From NCBI RefSeq assembly GCF_009914755.1, contig NC_060929.1: DNA of 64,000 nucleotides. One strand, written 5' to 3'. Source of the stretch: the human T2T-CHM13v2.0 reference genome, Homo sapiens. The position numbers and the translations under genes were made by a program. The notes under the pieces are model-generated. The model was not told the origin of the DNA and did not search any database. It saw only the letters and a program-made list of their open reading frames with translations. Position 1 is the stretch's first letter. The number at the start of each line of letters is the position of its first letter. Shown one piece after another: positions 14,063 to 26,625 of the stretch.

Positions 14063-14110
14063 TGTGTGTGTGTGCGTCTATGTGTGTGTGCGTGTGTGTG
14101 CATACACACA
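14063..14110. repeat. Interrupted (TG)n/(CA)n microsatellite
   Basis: Read directly from the sequence. Confidence 0.85.
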
Positions 14111-14142
14111 TAAAATCTTCCTGGAAGCTTATAGACATTTTG

Positions 14143-14340
14143 TTTCATTTATACATCTCACAAGTCTTTATTAAACACCTAGTTGCAGACATAGTGCAAC
14201 GTGTTAGCATAGTGCAAAATGGTGTTCCCTGCCCTTCTGAAGCTTACAGTTTCATGTAGAAGATGTATATTAAATAAAGAGATTAGTTATTAAAATTATG
14301 AGAAGTGCTATGAAGAAATAGAGTATGTCAAGGGAACATT
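14143..14340 (-). mobile_element. L2 3' end fragment
   Basis: tttattaaacacctag...gttccctgcccttctgaagcttacagtt...aagtgctatgaagaaa. Confidence 0.6.
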
Positions 14341-15640
14341 TGCATTTACACATGTGTCAGGAGCAGAAGGTGATGAGCTGATATTTAGCTTTGCATTAAA
14401 ACAAAACGAAAAACCCAGAGCCAAACAAGAATAAAGAACCTTTCAAGCCAATGTGGGGAGGAAGAATTCCCAGTGGGCAAGTGATATATCCTGGTGACTT
14501 AGAGTAGGAGGCTGGCAGGAGAGATGAAGAGAAATAGACATGTTTATAAATGGAAAGCCCTTCCTTCTGGGTCTTCTTAAAATATTCTGCAAATCTTCCA
14601 TAAAGATTGGCAATTTCTCTATCAAGGCTGGGTAACCTCATATATCAATTCTCCATTTCCCTGCCCAAGTTTGTGATAACATATCTTCCATTAACCTATG
14701 CTGAAAGAGCCATTTCTATTCTAAGAATCTATTTATGTTCCCCTACAACTTTCTCAAAGATATGCCTCTGGGTTGTAATACCTCACGCTGATACTCAGCT
14801 CAAATGTGAATACTTTTGCCACATTTCGGTAACATTGATCGAGACTTTTCTGAGTCATTTGATCATGGGGATGTGGGGATGTCTTCTCTTTGTGGGGAAG
14901 AAAATGACATCCCTTTCATTTGAAGGGACTAAGGACTGAATTTGCTTTTTCTGTTACTTGCCATAAATTTGGTCTTCATTGTCAACAGTATCCTATGACT
15001 ATTTTTCCAATTATTTCATGAATTAGGACACAACAGGTAATCTTAGTTCTGACATTTATTTGAATAAATAAGTGTATCTTCCTATTCTTATCTCTGTTTT
15101 TATTACCTTAAGTAACACACTGAATTTCATTTCAAGTCCCTCTCTCTCTATTTTCTCAATTCTTTGCACAGTTTCTTATGAAGCTTCTCTGGTTAATTTC
15201 TGTTACTTTCCAGTTGTCAGAAACCTTTAGGTATGTGATCGTTTTTCCTGAAAGATCTCTAGGATAAAAGTCTAGTTTTACCTTTCATAATCCCCACATC
15301 CTATCAAATCTGCTTTTTGAACATGTACTTTCCTGTACCACTTTCTACTGAAGAATTAGTTACCCTTTTTCCTTTCAATTGCCTGTAGTCATTAACAGAA
15401 ATATTTTCCATCTGTCACTCTCCTATTTGTCTTTATTTCTCTTTTTTGGTAAGAAGAGCATATACAATTGCTTCCACCCTACATTTTGGTCAAATTATTT
15501 TGTGGTACGGATTGAAAAGTTTTTATAATTGCACCAAGTTTCATTGACCCATATTAAAGGTGTCAGTGTGCAAAAAAATTTCTATCTGTATAAGCTACTG
15601 GTTTTCCATTAAAATAAGAATGATTTTTTTTAGAGGACAA

Positions 15641-16299
15641 TTTTTTTAAGAGACAAGATCTTGTTCTATCACCTAGGCTGGAGCGTAGTAGTGTAATCAT
15701 AGCTGGCTGCAGCCTCTACCTCCTTGGCTCAAGGAATCCTCTCACCTCAGCCTCTTCAGTAGTTGGAACTACATGGGACTACAGGCACATGCCACCACTC
15801 CTGGCTCTTTTTGTGTGTGTTTATTAATCCATTTTCACATTGCTATTAAGATACTACCCAAGACTGGGTAATTTATAAACAAAGGAGGTTTAATTGACTC
15901 ATAGTTCCACATGGCTGGGAGGTCTCAGGAAACTTACAATCATGACAGAAGGTGGAGCAGGCATGTCTTATATGGTGGCAGGGGAGAGAAGTGCAAGTAG
16001 GGGAAATGCCAAACACTTAAAACCATCAGATCTTGTGAGAACTCACTCACTATCATGAGAACAGCGCGGCGGAAACCACCCCCAGGATTCAATCACCTCC
16101 CACCGGATCCATCCCTCAACACATGAAGACTGTGGGGATTACAGTTCAAGATGAGATTTGGGTGGGGACACAGCCAAATCATATTGGTGGAGTTTTGCTA
16201 TATTGCCTAGGCTGGTCTCAAATCCTTGGTCTCAAGCCATTCTCTCCCCTCAGCCTCCCAAAGTGCTAGGATTACAGGTGTAAGCCACCATGTCCAGCC
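15641..16299 (-). mobile_element. AluJ SINE interrupted by a THE1 LTR
   Basis: Right arm 15641-15819 and left arm 16187-16299 (ends gccaccatgtccagcc), separated by the THE1 LTR in the linker. Confidence 0.88.
15820..16186 (-). mobile_element. THE1 (THE1D-like) MaLR solo LTR nested in AluJ
   Basis: tttattaatccattttcacattgct...aggaaacttacaatcatg...gatgagatttgggtggggacacagccaaatcatattg. Confidence 0.92.
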
Positions 16300-16610
16300 T
16301 ATTTTTGTATTTGTATCTTCATTTTTTTAAAAAATGAAATTAGACATACTGGTTTCATTACATATTTCTTGGAATAATTATCACTTTTACCATAATAATA
16401 GAGAAACCGAGGAAAAACAAAAACAACAAAAAAGTGTTATTTGAGACAAAGACTATACAAGGCATTATACTAAGAACGGATATGAACAGAGAGATTAAAT
16501 AAGACATTATTCCTGCCTTTTAAAGACTGACACTTCAGTAATTAAGAAAAAAATAAAAGATGTTCATATATCCACAATAAGATGAACATAAGGGAATAAA
16601 AATTCAAGGA

Positions 16611-16986
<376 letters not shown>

Positions 16987-17299
16987 TCAGCATGAGAAGA
17001 AGGGGAGGCAAAGTTAAATCAGTCAATGACTGTGCACTGGCATTTGAAACCTATATTTTTAAATGAGTGTCTTTGCTTTTCATCCTAAATCTTATAAACC
17101 ATGTATAGTTTATCAATAAAGAGATCTGCCTTTTTCTGAGGGAGAAGAATTGAGGAGAAACTTGGGATCTGGAACTGGCTCAATCTCTGGCTACATTGCC
17201 TATTCTGATAAAATCCTCTTCACCATCATCATCTCCCTTTGCTTTGACCAGGTGTATTAGACTTTGTCAAAAGCAATGGAGATGATTTTTTCAAGGTTA

Positions 17300-17480
17300 G
17301 AAGGCATACCGGGGTGAACTGCAGGAATGGTTCATTATCTTCGGGGAATGTTAATGGCCCACCTCGAGGATTCTAAAGAGGGAAAGAATGAGCCAAACGA
17401 CGCTTTGGATTAAACGATGAACTGAGTGTAAAGCCCACAGTAGAGGAGCTGGCACACAGTAGGTGCTCAATGAATAGAAT
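17300..17480 (+). mobile_element. MIR SINE 3' fragment
   Basis: ggattaaacgatgaactgagtgtaaagccc...ctggcacacagtaggtgctcaatgaat. Confidence 0.6.
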
Positions 17481-18234
17481 TTCCCCATCACCCTTCCCTT
17501 GCCCTACGCTGTTACGGGTTGCAGCTGCTGTCCATATAGGCCTGTTACAGAGAGAGCAGCAGGTGTTTGCCAGGCGTTGACAGGGTAGGGAGTCTGATTC
17601 TCAGAGTTTGCATGTTTCTCCTTGACTCTTGATATCCTGAGTAATTCTTGACAAAGGCATTGTCCTCGTCATCCTGTAGTGGTCCTCTTCTTTTGACCTG
17701 CGCATTTTCTGGAGTTGTGAGCCATGTTATAAAGGGGATGAGTCCAGATGGGAAGCATCAGTGATGACCTGGCATTTTCTGCTGGGGTGATTGGTATACC
17801 ATAGAAGCAGTTAATCAAGGACGGCCAAGGGGCTCCTAGAACACACGATAGTGGTACACCTACACTTTGATCCTCACTCTAGACCTCTGGGAGCCTTTTT
17901 GAATATTAAACTCATTAACCAAAGGAACCAGTCTGCCATTGATGTACACATTCCAGCCTGGGGTTTTCTTTTTTTAATAAAAATGATGTGGGTAGCTGAT
18001 TCAGCATTACAGTGGTTTCTCCCCCAACCTCCAGAAGTATGTCAGGACTGTTATTTTATAGCATAACATGGCTGTTTAGAAGGTTTCTGAAAACCTAGAG
18101 CTTAACATTTTTCTGGTGCCATTATATCATATTCCACCAGTGTATCAGGAAATGTGCTTTGGGAAGGTCTTGAAGAAAATTTATAGAATAGAATGACAAC
18201 ATGTAACATCAGGAGGACCTGACTTGCATATGAT

Positions 18235-18850
18235 ATCAGGAAAGGCTTCCTTAAAGAAGTAAACTGATTAGTAGAAGGTAGCCACAGGGAGGGAGAGGAG
18301 TGTATGTGAACTGGGAGGAAAAATGATGTATTCCAGGAGTTGAAAGGACAGGGTTGCCAGGGTGGAGAGAGGAAGCAGGGGAGAGGAGGGAAATACATGG
18401 TAGGAACTGGGCAAGGACCAGACCTTACAAGGTTTCATGGATCACCTTAAAGAGGTTCTTAAAGAGGTAAGAACCCTATGGACTCTGCCTTAACAAAACA
18501 GGAAGCCAGTGACAGATGTTTAAGAAGGGAGTGTAATGACCAGATTTGTTTTTAAAAGATCATTTTGCCTGCCATGTGAATAAAGGATTATAAAGACAGT
18601 AAGAGTGATATTGAGAGGACCGATAGGAGGTTGTCACACTGCAAGATGGCATGATGGCAGAGGATAGCATGATAATTTATCCTTGTCTTTTGGGAGTTTA
18701 CAATCTAGTAAGGGAGTGGACATGTGTACACAGAATTATTACAGTGTTGCATGTGATAGTGCCATGAGAATTAAGCAAGATAAAGTGAGAAAGAGAGAGG
18801 TCACTTTTTGCAGAGAAAATCAGGGAAATAGCTTCTTAGATGACAAACAG
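18235..18850 (-). mobile_element. L2 LINE fragments
   Basis: atcaggaaaggcttcctt...ggaagccagtgacagatgtttaag...gaccagatttgtttttaaaagatcattttgcctgcc. Confidence 0.7.
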
Positions 18851-19205
18851 GATCCAAGGAATGTAGTGGCCTGAGGTTTGTTTTGTTTTGTTTTGGGCTT
18901 GTTTGCTGTTATTTAGATTTTTAGATACAACTGTTTCCAGATTAATAAATTGCTTTAAAAGTAGCTTTCCCACTGTTTTGGTTTTTTTTAAGCTTCACAT
19001 ACACATACATTTTCTGTTCCAGTTCACATTATCTTTGTCAGGCAAGAAGAAAGCAGGTTTTATGGTTATATATGTAATTCCCTTTTAGACTGGAGTAAGT
19101 GAATTCCTCTATTTCTCTTCCAGGTCATCTGTCAGTCCATAAAGCCAGGAAGAGTTGAGAGACAAGTCTGTCTTCTTGAGGACGCGTAGTTTCTGTGAAA
19201 ATAAT

Positions 19206-19240
19206 ACACACACACACACACACACACATGCGCGCACACG
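19206..19240. repeat. (CA)n microsatellite
   Basis: Read directly from the sequence. Confidence 0.9.
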
Positions 19241-19304
19241 ATTGTGCAAATAAATATGGGTATGATGCTTTCATCCTAAGAAATTCAGAATGAATTGCTT
19301 TTAG

Positions 19305-19665
<361 letters not shown>

Positions 19666-20309
19666 TATTGGAACCCCCTTCTTGAAACACCTGTGTGAGC
19701 ACCCTGCTTACCATCTACCAGTGACCACACCCACATAGGGTTCTATTTCAGTGAGACTACAGAGCCAACAAAGTGCACTAGTTAGCTGTGATGGAAAACC
19801 TACCAAGCTTTACTGATGGATCTCTGCTGAAAAGAAGTAGGCTAGGTTATACTGAAACCATGAGCAAGAAAAATGTTCAGCTGGTCATGTTGGGAGTCAT
19901 TGGGAATATTCTAGCCCATGATTTCATTCACATTGGCTGAACTCTCAGCTCCACCTATACGTGAGCGTGGCTAGTCACCTAAGCTCTCTGAGTTTCTTTG
20001 GAAAAATAAAGTGGTTAGGCTGACTGATCCCCCAGATGTTCTGCAAACTCAGTTTCAGATATAGATTTCCATCCAGGAGAGCTGTGAACTGATTTTACAG
20101 GTTTAGCCTAGCATTGCAAGGATTTAGTTATATGGGTCTATACACAAGAGAGTACTTGAATGTGTCCTTCATACTGATGCCAGAAAAGTAGAGAGAACTC
20201 CTTAATTCCTCTAAGTATCTAGAAACACATTTTTTAGCCAAGGGGATGGTTGGCTATTTGAACGAGAATTTTGACTGTACCCCGTGGTTTCTACAATTAA
20301 AGAAATGGC

Positions 20310-20720
20310 ATATCTGGACTTAGAAAGATAATGGTTTCCTAGGAGTTTGCATTCTTAGACCACACCCAGAAAATTATGTTTCGTTTGAGATTATGCAATT
20401 TAAGGATGTTGACAAATCTGAATGCATGCAAAGAAAAATGGTAAGGATGAAGAAAAACCCAGGAAGACTGCTATATACGGAAAAGTTGCTAAAAACTTGG
20501 AAGGGTTGGTCTGAAGGAGATTTAGGGATACATTACAGCTGTCTCAAATATTGTGGAGTACTGTCAGAGGAAAAGAAATGAGACTATCCTGGCTCTGTAT
20601 TTCCTAATAGACCTGGGGTAAATCGATTGAAATTGCCAGGAGCTTAATTTGGGCTCAGTGTGGAGGAGAAATTTCTGACAACAATATGTAGCCAAGAATA
20701 GGATGGGATCTGATTTCCCT
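20310..20720 (+). mobile_element. L3/CR1 LINE fragment
   Basis: agaccacacccagaaaattatgtt...tttaaggatgttgacaaatctgaatgcatgcaaag...agctgtctcaaatatt...tttgggctcagtgtggaggagaaatttctgaca resembles the L3 3' ORF region. Confidence 0.65.
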
Positions 20721-20779
20721 TGTGCAAAGAGTAATTAGGAAGAGACTGGATGTTGGTAATATTGATTGTGAAAAGCAGT

Positions 20780-20985
20780 GAGTTGTGTTTTTACATGTAT
20801 TAATGCAATCTTCATGATAACCTGTTGATGTTGCTTCTGTTATTATTTCCATATTACAGATGAAGAAACTGAGGCACAGTGTGGGTAAGTCACTTGCCTA
20901 AAATCACACAGTTAGTAGGTGACAAAGCTGGGATTTGAACTCATGAATGTCCTATCGTCAATTTGGGAGGCTTAAACATGCTGAC
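20780..20985 (-). mobile_element. MIR SINE
   Basis: Clear core: tacagatgaagaaactgaggcacag...taagtcacttgcctaaaatcacacagttagtaggtgacaaagctgggatttgaac. Confidence 0.85.
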
Positions 20986-23189
20986 ATGTTGCCTTCAGGT
21001 GGCCATCACATAGGTGGATAGTATTTCTGCCCCGGGTTTCCAGAATGGTCTTTGAAGAGCTCACTGATCATGGTGTATTCCATGGTGCATAACAGACAGA
21101 TTCTGTGGTAGTACCTAATGCAGGCAGAGGTGCCTTCCTGCAGGTGTGCCAGAGTCTTTGGTAATGAGCCATTATGCTCCGTCAGTCATTCTGCTGTAAC
21201 CATGCATAGTCATCCTGTTTCCTTCCTCACAGTATATGGAGTTGGGATGCATTGTTTCTTGGTAGAATTTACTTTGTCTGCCATATTGATAATATCCACT
21301 TCAGCAGCTACACTATGACATTCCCTTAAAAAAAAGAAAATTACAAAAATATCCAAAAGCCCTACTTTTGGGATATGCAGACTGCAACTATACTTTCCTT
21401 CCAGACATGATGGATAGTTGTTTCCCTATAAGATACTGCACCTTGTGTGAGTGTTGGAGAGAGATCTCTGCTTTATTGGCCCTTTGCACGTTAGGAAACA
21501 CAATAAAAGAGGTAAAGTGCTTTCCAGTACAGGAAAGGAAAAATAATCCCTTTCAAACTTGATCAGATCTATCTAAAGGTAACCGACCAGGAAGGAGAAC
21601 TGACCCCATTTCACATACAGGTGCTTTAAAATAATTTCACAACAGGTAGTTAAAATGTAACTATGCTGTGCTGTCAATCACATCTCGTCCTTCTGGATTT
21701 TAACGCTTGTTTTACTTGAGGGAAGATGATATTTGAACATTCTATAGCATCCGTCAACAGGAATGCGCACATGGTTTCAAATAAGGGTTTTCAGCCTTCT
21801 GAAACCAATTACTTCTGCCTAAGTGGAAATGCCAGAGCAGAGATGTGTCAGCAACTAAGAGAATAATTTAAAAAAAAAAATTAAGTATACACAATGATGT
21901 CAGAAAACAACAGAAATTGTGCATTCCTGCACACACATGTACACACATGCACATGAACAAACCTTTTTAAGAGATACTTCAAAAAAAAAAAAAAAAAGTC
22001 TGTGTCAAACAACGTTAACCCAGAAAGATGCAGAAATGTCAGAGACATTACATGGGCAGGACTTGCGGTTGGCATTTGGCTGGCAGCGGGGGAGGCGTCC
22101 TCCCCAACTAATTCCTCAGGAACCTCATGCTGAGGCTGTCTACAGGGAAGGGAGCAGAAAGGGAGGAGGGAGAGAGCAGATATTGCCTATTATGCTTTTC
22201 CTTCCCAGCTGGAGAAGGCCTCAGCTGTGTCAGACTGGGACTGCTGGTGATTTTTCTGTAGTTAGAGGGAAACACAAAACGAAGAGCGGCCCACTCCCAG
22301 CTTACACCGATGGTGAGCCCACCTCTCCTGATCATTAGCGTTGCTGGCACAATTGAATGCAAGCCAGATCATCTCTTATGGAGACCCGGCAGTACCTCAC
22401 CTCAGTCTGTGAGTTTTCTCCATGGGAAGGTTGTGATGGAGTCTCTGGGTAAGGATGATGGATGTGCATGCAGATGGGGTTTTGCAAGCACCTGTCCTCA
22501 CTGACAGGGTAGTTGGAGTATTTACTTTAACCCTTCAGCGGATACCAAGGGAGAGATGGGAGACTTGACGGTGAAACTATTTGATTTCGCACCGCAGTTG
22601 TCTTAACAGTAGTTGTGAATTCTTCTCACTGAGTCTAATTTCTAATTCCTATCAGGTTGTTGATCTGAATTTTTTTTTTGCTACCTTCATGATATCTGCC
22701 AGGTATTTCACCAGAAAAAAAAAAATATGTGAAAATAAATATAAATATAAAATGGAATTTATTAACTGTAAACATCTGTTAAGTCAAGCATCCTGTGTCT
22801 ATTGCTGAAATACTCTTTCAAGTGACTCTGTCTGCATCTGTCACATTTTTTTCACCCTCCAGAGACCTATTTGCGGTAGCTCTCTGTGTACTAATGAAAA
22901 CGTGGGATTGGCTTTACCCTTTATTGTAGCTTGGTGTTAAGACATTTTTAAAATAGGCAAAAGGAAGACAGGGGAAATGATCCATTCTGTTAGCTGAATT
23001 TTCTTCAAAACATGGATTAGTCTTGCTGCTTGTATGTGATATTTAGCATGCTGAACAGGTTTTTGTGAAACTCCTGGTGTCTTCTGCTGCAGGTGGCTGG
23101 GTTTGTTGACAAATCTTCAGGTGTACCATTTGCCTTCAAAGAGGGTGCTGCTGTCTCATCAGTATAAATGGAGTGGTAATAACCCCTCA

Positions 23190-23400
23190 CTTTTCTAGGG
23201 CAACGTATGTTTTACAAAGTATCTTCACTGTATTATTGAGTTGCTCTCATTTTATTAGGACATCAGCCCTGTGTGGCAGGTATTCCAGTTGTTATTAGCT
23301 CCATTTTTTAAACAAGGAAACTCAAGGCAAAAGACTCATCCAGGGCCACACCGTTAGAACTGGACATGTTGGTATTTCAACCCACTTCAATTCTCAAGCT
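23190..23400 (-). mobile_element. MIR SINE fragment
   Basis: cagccctgtgtggcaggt...ctccattttt...aaggaaactcaagg...ccagggccacac...atttcaaccca. Confidence 0.55.
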
Positions 23401-24286
23401 TTGTTTTCTTATGTATATGAACTGTGGGTAGTATAGACACAACCAAACAAACCTAAGTTGCTGTTTCCATGTTGTATGATATATATATATATGTAATCCC
23501 ACTTCCTTTTTGCTTCCTTAAGCCACACTAGGCACAGTTATGATGCAGAATGAGTTTAATTTCAGCATGCCCCACCTCTCTTTTCCACAACTCAACCCCA
23601 CAACACAAGCTCATACACAGACTTCTGTTGCTCCCTTGGTTTAGGAACGTGGGTTCCTGAGATGCTGTGGGTTTCTCCTCATTTAAGGAGAAAATCATCA
23701 GTAAATCTGATAGGGTTTATAATACCTCTCATGAGTCCAGAGAAAACAAAGTGATGGTTCCACAGTGGTGCAATTTCATTTACCTCAATCTGAGTAGAAG
23801 AGATATGAGGCTCCAGGAGGAAATCCCCTCATCCTTTGAAACCCCACACTTCAATTATCTCAGAAGTTAGGAACAAGGACATGTATCCCCAGAAGCTAGG
23901 GAGGACAGATGCCCTCATGGAGACTCTGTGTCTTCTATTTCAACAAGCATAGTGTTCTCTCAAGAGTCTGCCAATGAGAAACCTTGAGAACTAGGAGCAG
24001 CTCACCAAGCACCTAGGAACACATTGTAGGACAACTTAGATAAGCCCCACATGATCCAGGGAGACAAAGTCACCCCTCCCACTCCCACCCCCAGCTTTCT
24101 TCCAACCAAGGCCGTATTGCCAAACATCTGCATTCAGTGACCAGTTGCAGTTGGCCACTGGTTCTTTGAGAGAACACAGGGTGGGTTTTAAATTGCCCTG
24201 ACATAGACCCCCATGAAATCATGTGAGACATCTCTTTTTGGGTTTTCCAAATATGCTTGGCAGTACTTTCTCATATACCTTTTCTT

Positions 24287-25093
24287 TCTTTTTTCTTTTT
24301 TTATTATATTTTTAAATTTTATATTATATTTTTTATTTTTTTATTATTTTTATATTTTTAAATTTTACTTTAAGTTCTGGGGTGCATGTGCAGAATGTGC
24401 AGTTTTGTTACATAGGTATATATGTGCCATGGTGGTTTGCTGCATCCATCAACTCATCAGCTACATTAGGTATTTCTCCTAATGCTATCCCTCCCCTTGC
24501 CTCCCACCCCCCAACAGGCCCCACTATGTGGTGTTCCCCTCCCTGTGTCCATATGTTCTCATTGTTCAACTCCCACTTATGAGTGAGAACATGCAGTGTT
24601 TGGTTTTCTGTTCCTGTGTTAGTTTGCTGAGAATGATGGTTTCCAGCTACATCCATGTCCCTGCAAGGGACATGAACTCATTCTTTTTTATGACTGCATA
24701 ATATTCCATGGTGTATATGTGCCACATTTTCTTTATCCAGTCTATCATCGATGGGCATTTGGGTTGGTTGCAAGTCTTTGCTATTGTGAATAGTGCTGCA
24801 ATAAACATACGTGTGCATGTGTCTTTATAGCAGAATGATTTATAATCCTTTGGGTATATGCCCAGTAATGGGATTGCTGGGTCAAATAGTATTTCTGGTT
24901 CTAGATCCTTGAGAAATCACCACACTGTCTTCCACAATGGTTGAACTAATTTACACTCCCACCAACAGTGTAAAAGCGTTCCTGTTTCTCCACATCCTTT
25001 CCAGCATCTGGTGTTTCCTGACATTTTAATGATCACCATTCTAAGTGGCATGAGATGGTATCTCATTGTGGTTTTGATTTGCATTTCTCTAAT
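24287..25093 (-). mobile_element. 5'-truncated L1PA (L1PA7/8-like) LINE-1, about 0.8 kb
   Basis: T-rich tail, then ttactttaagttctgggg...cccacttatgagtgagaacatg...ctcattgtggttttgatttgcatttctctaat. TSD ctcatatacc(t/c)tttctt at 24270-24286 and 25094-25110. Confidence 0.95.
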
Positions 25094-25683
25094 CTCATAT
25101 ACCCTTTCTTTTGCTTCAGAAAGAGAACAAGGGGTTTCACATTAGAAGAATTCTTTGTTGGAACAATTTTAATATTCTGAAGTCTTTTTCTTAGAGCATT
25201 CAAGTATGCCTTGGTTACCCTGTGGCATGGACAAATGCCCTTCCACCTCAGCCACAGTTTGCCTTCATGCATCTGTCAATACATAAGTGCAAAGTGATGT
25301 AGAATCTACCAGAGTTTGCACTGTGGGGTTGTCTTTTATACTTTCCTTTTTAAAGTAATCCTGAAAATCTCTTAGGAAATTGATGGAGGGTGGGTTCATA
25401 AAACCTCACAGTGTCAGAGTTGGAAGGCAGTCTAAATTGCATGTGGTCCCTATAGTGTCATTATGATGACCAAGAAATCAGTTCCCAGGGAGGCTGAGAT
25501 TTGTCCCAGTTTACCATGATGGTGACTGTGCTGCATATTTTCTGTTTGTCCTTCACATTCTTTCATTCCATCAATATCTTGCTCTCTGCCTTGGAAGCTG
25601 ACCCTATAGACTGGATCTGTGGGTGCTCTATCCTCTAGCTGATTGGCTCAATGGGAAGAGATCGAAGATCAGAAGATAGAAGG

Positions 25684-25755
25684 TGGAAGAGAGAGAGGCA
25701 GGGGCACTTCCTACCAGCTTGGAAGAGAGAGAGGCAGGAGCACTTCCTACCAGCT
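25684..25755. repeat. 36 bp x2 tandem duplication
   Basis: tggaagagagagaggcagg(g/a)gcacttcctaccagct twice, with 1 mismatch. Confidence 0.95.
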
Positions 25756-25891
25756 TCCTCCTTGTCATTGTGCTATAGCAGGCTGTTTTTCTGTATCTGA
25801 GACAGACATTCCCAGGTAGCCCTCTCCATACAGTCTTCTCTTTCTGGATTCTTCTAATCACTTCCACTTTTTTTTAGCTCTAGATCATTGC

Positions 25892-26019
25892 ATGTTAGCT
25901 TTTATAAGCACTTGCTGGTTGTTAGGACTCACATTCTGTACATGGAAACATTTATTAGGACTCTGGTTCTGTAAGTGAAAAAATTCGCTGATTTTCTCGA
26001 GCCATGCACACTGACATAA
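25892..26019 (+). repeat. 128 bp dispersed direct duplicate of 26615-26742
   Basis: Ungapped manual alignment gives about 17 mismatches in 128 bp, including a 37 bp identical run. Confidence 0.93.
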
Positions 26020-26288
26020 CTTCTGATTTCCAGAAACCTTGACCACAACTGTTTAAATAGTCCCCTTATTAAACTCTCTCATATTGCCAGGTTTGGGTGT
26101 CATCTGCTTTCATGCTAGGACCTTGATTGATACAGAAACAGCTAAAGCTAAAACTATAGTCCAGCTAGTTCTCTGTCTCCTTAACCCTATTCTATTTGCT
26201 TTTCCACCATACTGCTTTTACTATGGATACCTTGATACTTTGAATAAATAATAATTGTTTCATAAACACACAATTTTGATAGTAGATA

Positions 26289-26625
26289 ACAGTAGCATGC
26301 AGTGGTTAAAAACATAGACTCAACATCTTGGGTTCAAATCCCAGTTCTGACACATACTAGATTACTTAACTAGCAAGTTGCTTAGGGTTCAAATCCCAGT
26401 TCTGACACATACTAGATTACTTGGGTTCAAATCCCAGTTCTGACACTAGATTACTTAACTAGCAAGTTGCTTAACTTCTCTGTGTCTCAGTATCCTCTTT
26501 CATAACAATAAGGCTATTGTGGAGATTAAATCATATCAGTTCCTTCAAAGAACTTAGCACATATGAGGGTGTTAAATGTTCATAAGTGCTCAGCACATGG
26601 TAAGTGCTCCATAAATGTTAGCTTT
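26289..26625 (+). mobile_element. MIR SINE with triplicated B-box segment
   Basis: acagtagcatgcagtggttaa...(gggttcaaatcccagttctgacac)x3...cttaacttctctgtgtctcagt...taagtgctccataaatgttagct. Confidence 0.85.

Larger units (their letters stand above)
25525..26133 (+). mobile_element. LTR33 (ERVL) solo LTR with internal duplication and foreign insertion
   Basis: ttttctgtttgtcc...gctctctgccttggaagctgacc...gccctctccatacag...aaatagtccccttattaaactctctc...ggaccttgattgataca matches recalled LTR33. Confidence 0.75.

Noticed and set aside
21919-22338. 139 aa ORF (longest in the window)
   Set aside because: It runs through a CA-rich stretch and a poly(A) tract (poly-Lys), has a GTG start and shows no domain signature.
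23580-24260. Possible unclassified LTR-like segment
   Set aside because: I could not match it to any consensus or find TG...CA termini with a TSD, so it is left unannotated.
26330-26473. CRISPR-like array or tRNA gene (repeated GGTTCAAATCCC)
   Set aside because: This is primate DNA with no unique spacers and no cas genes. The motif is the tRNA-derived B-box of a MIR, with no cloverleaf.
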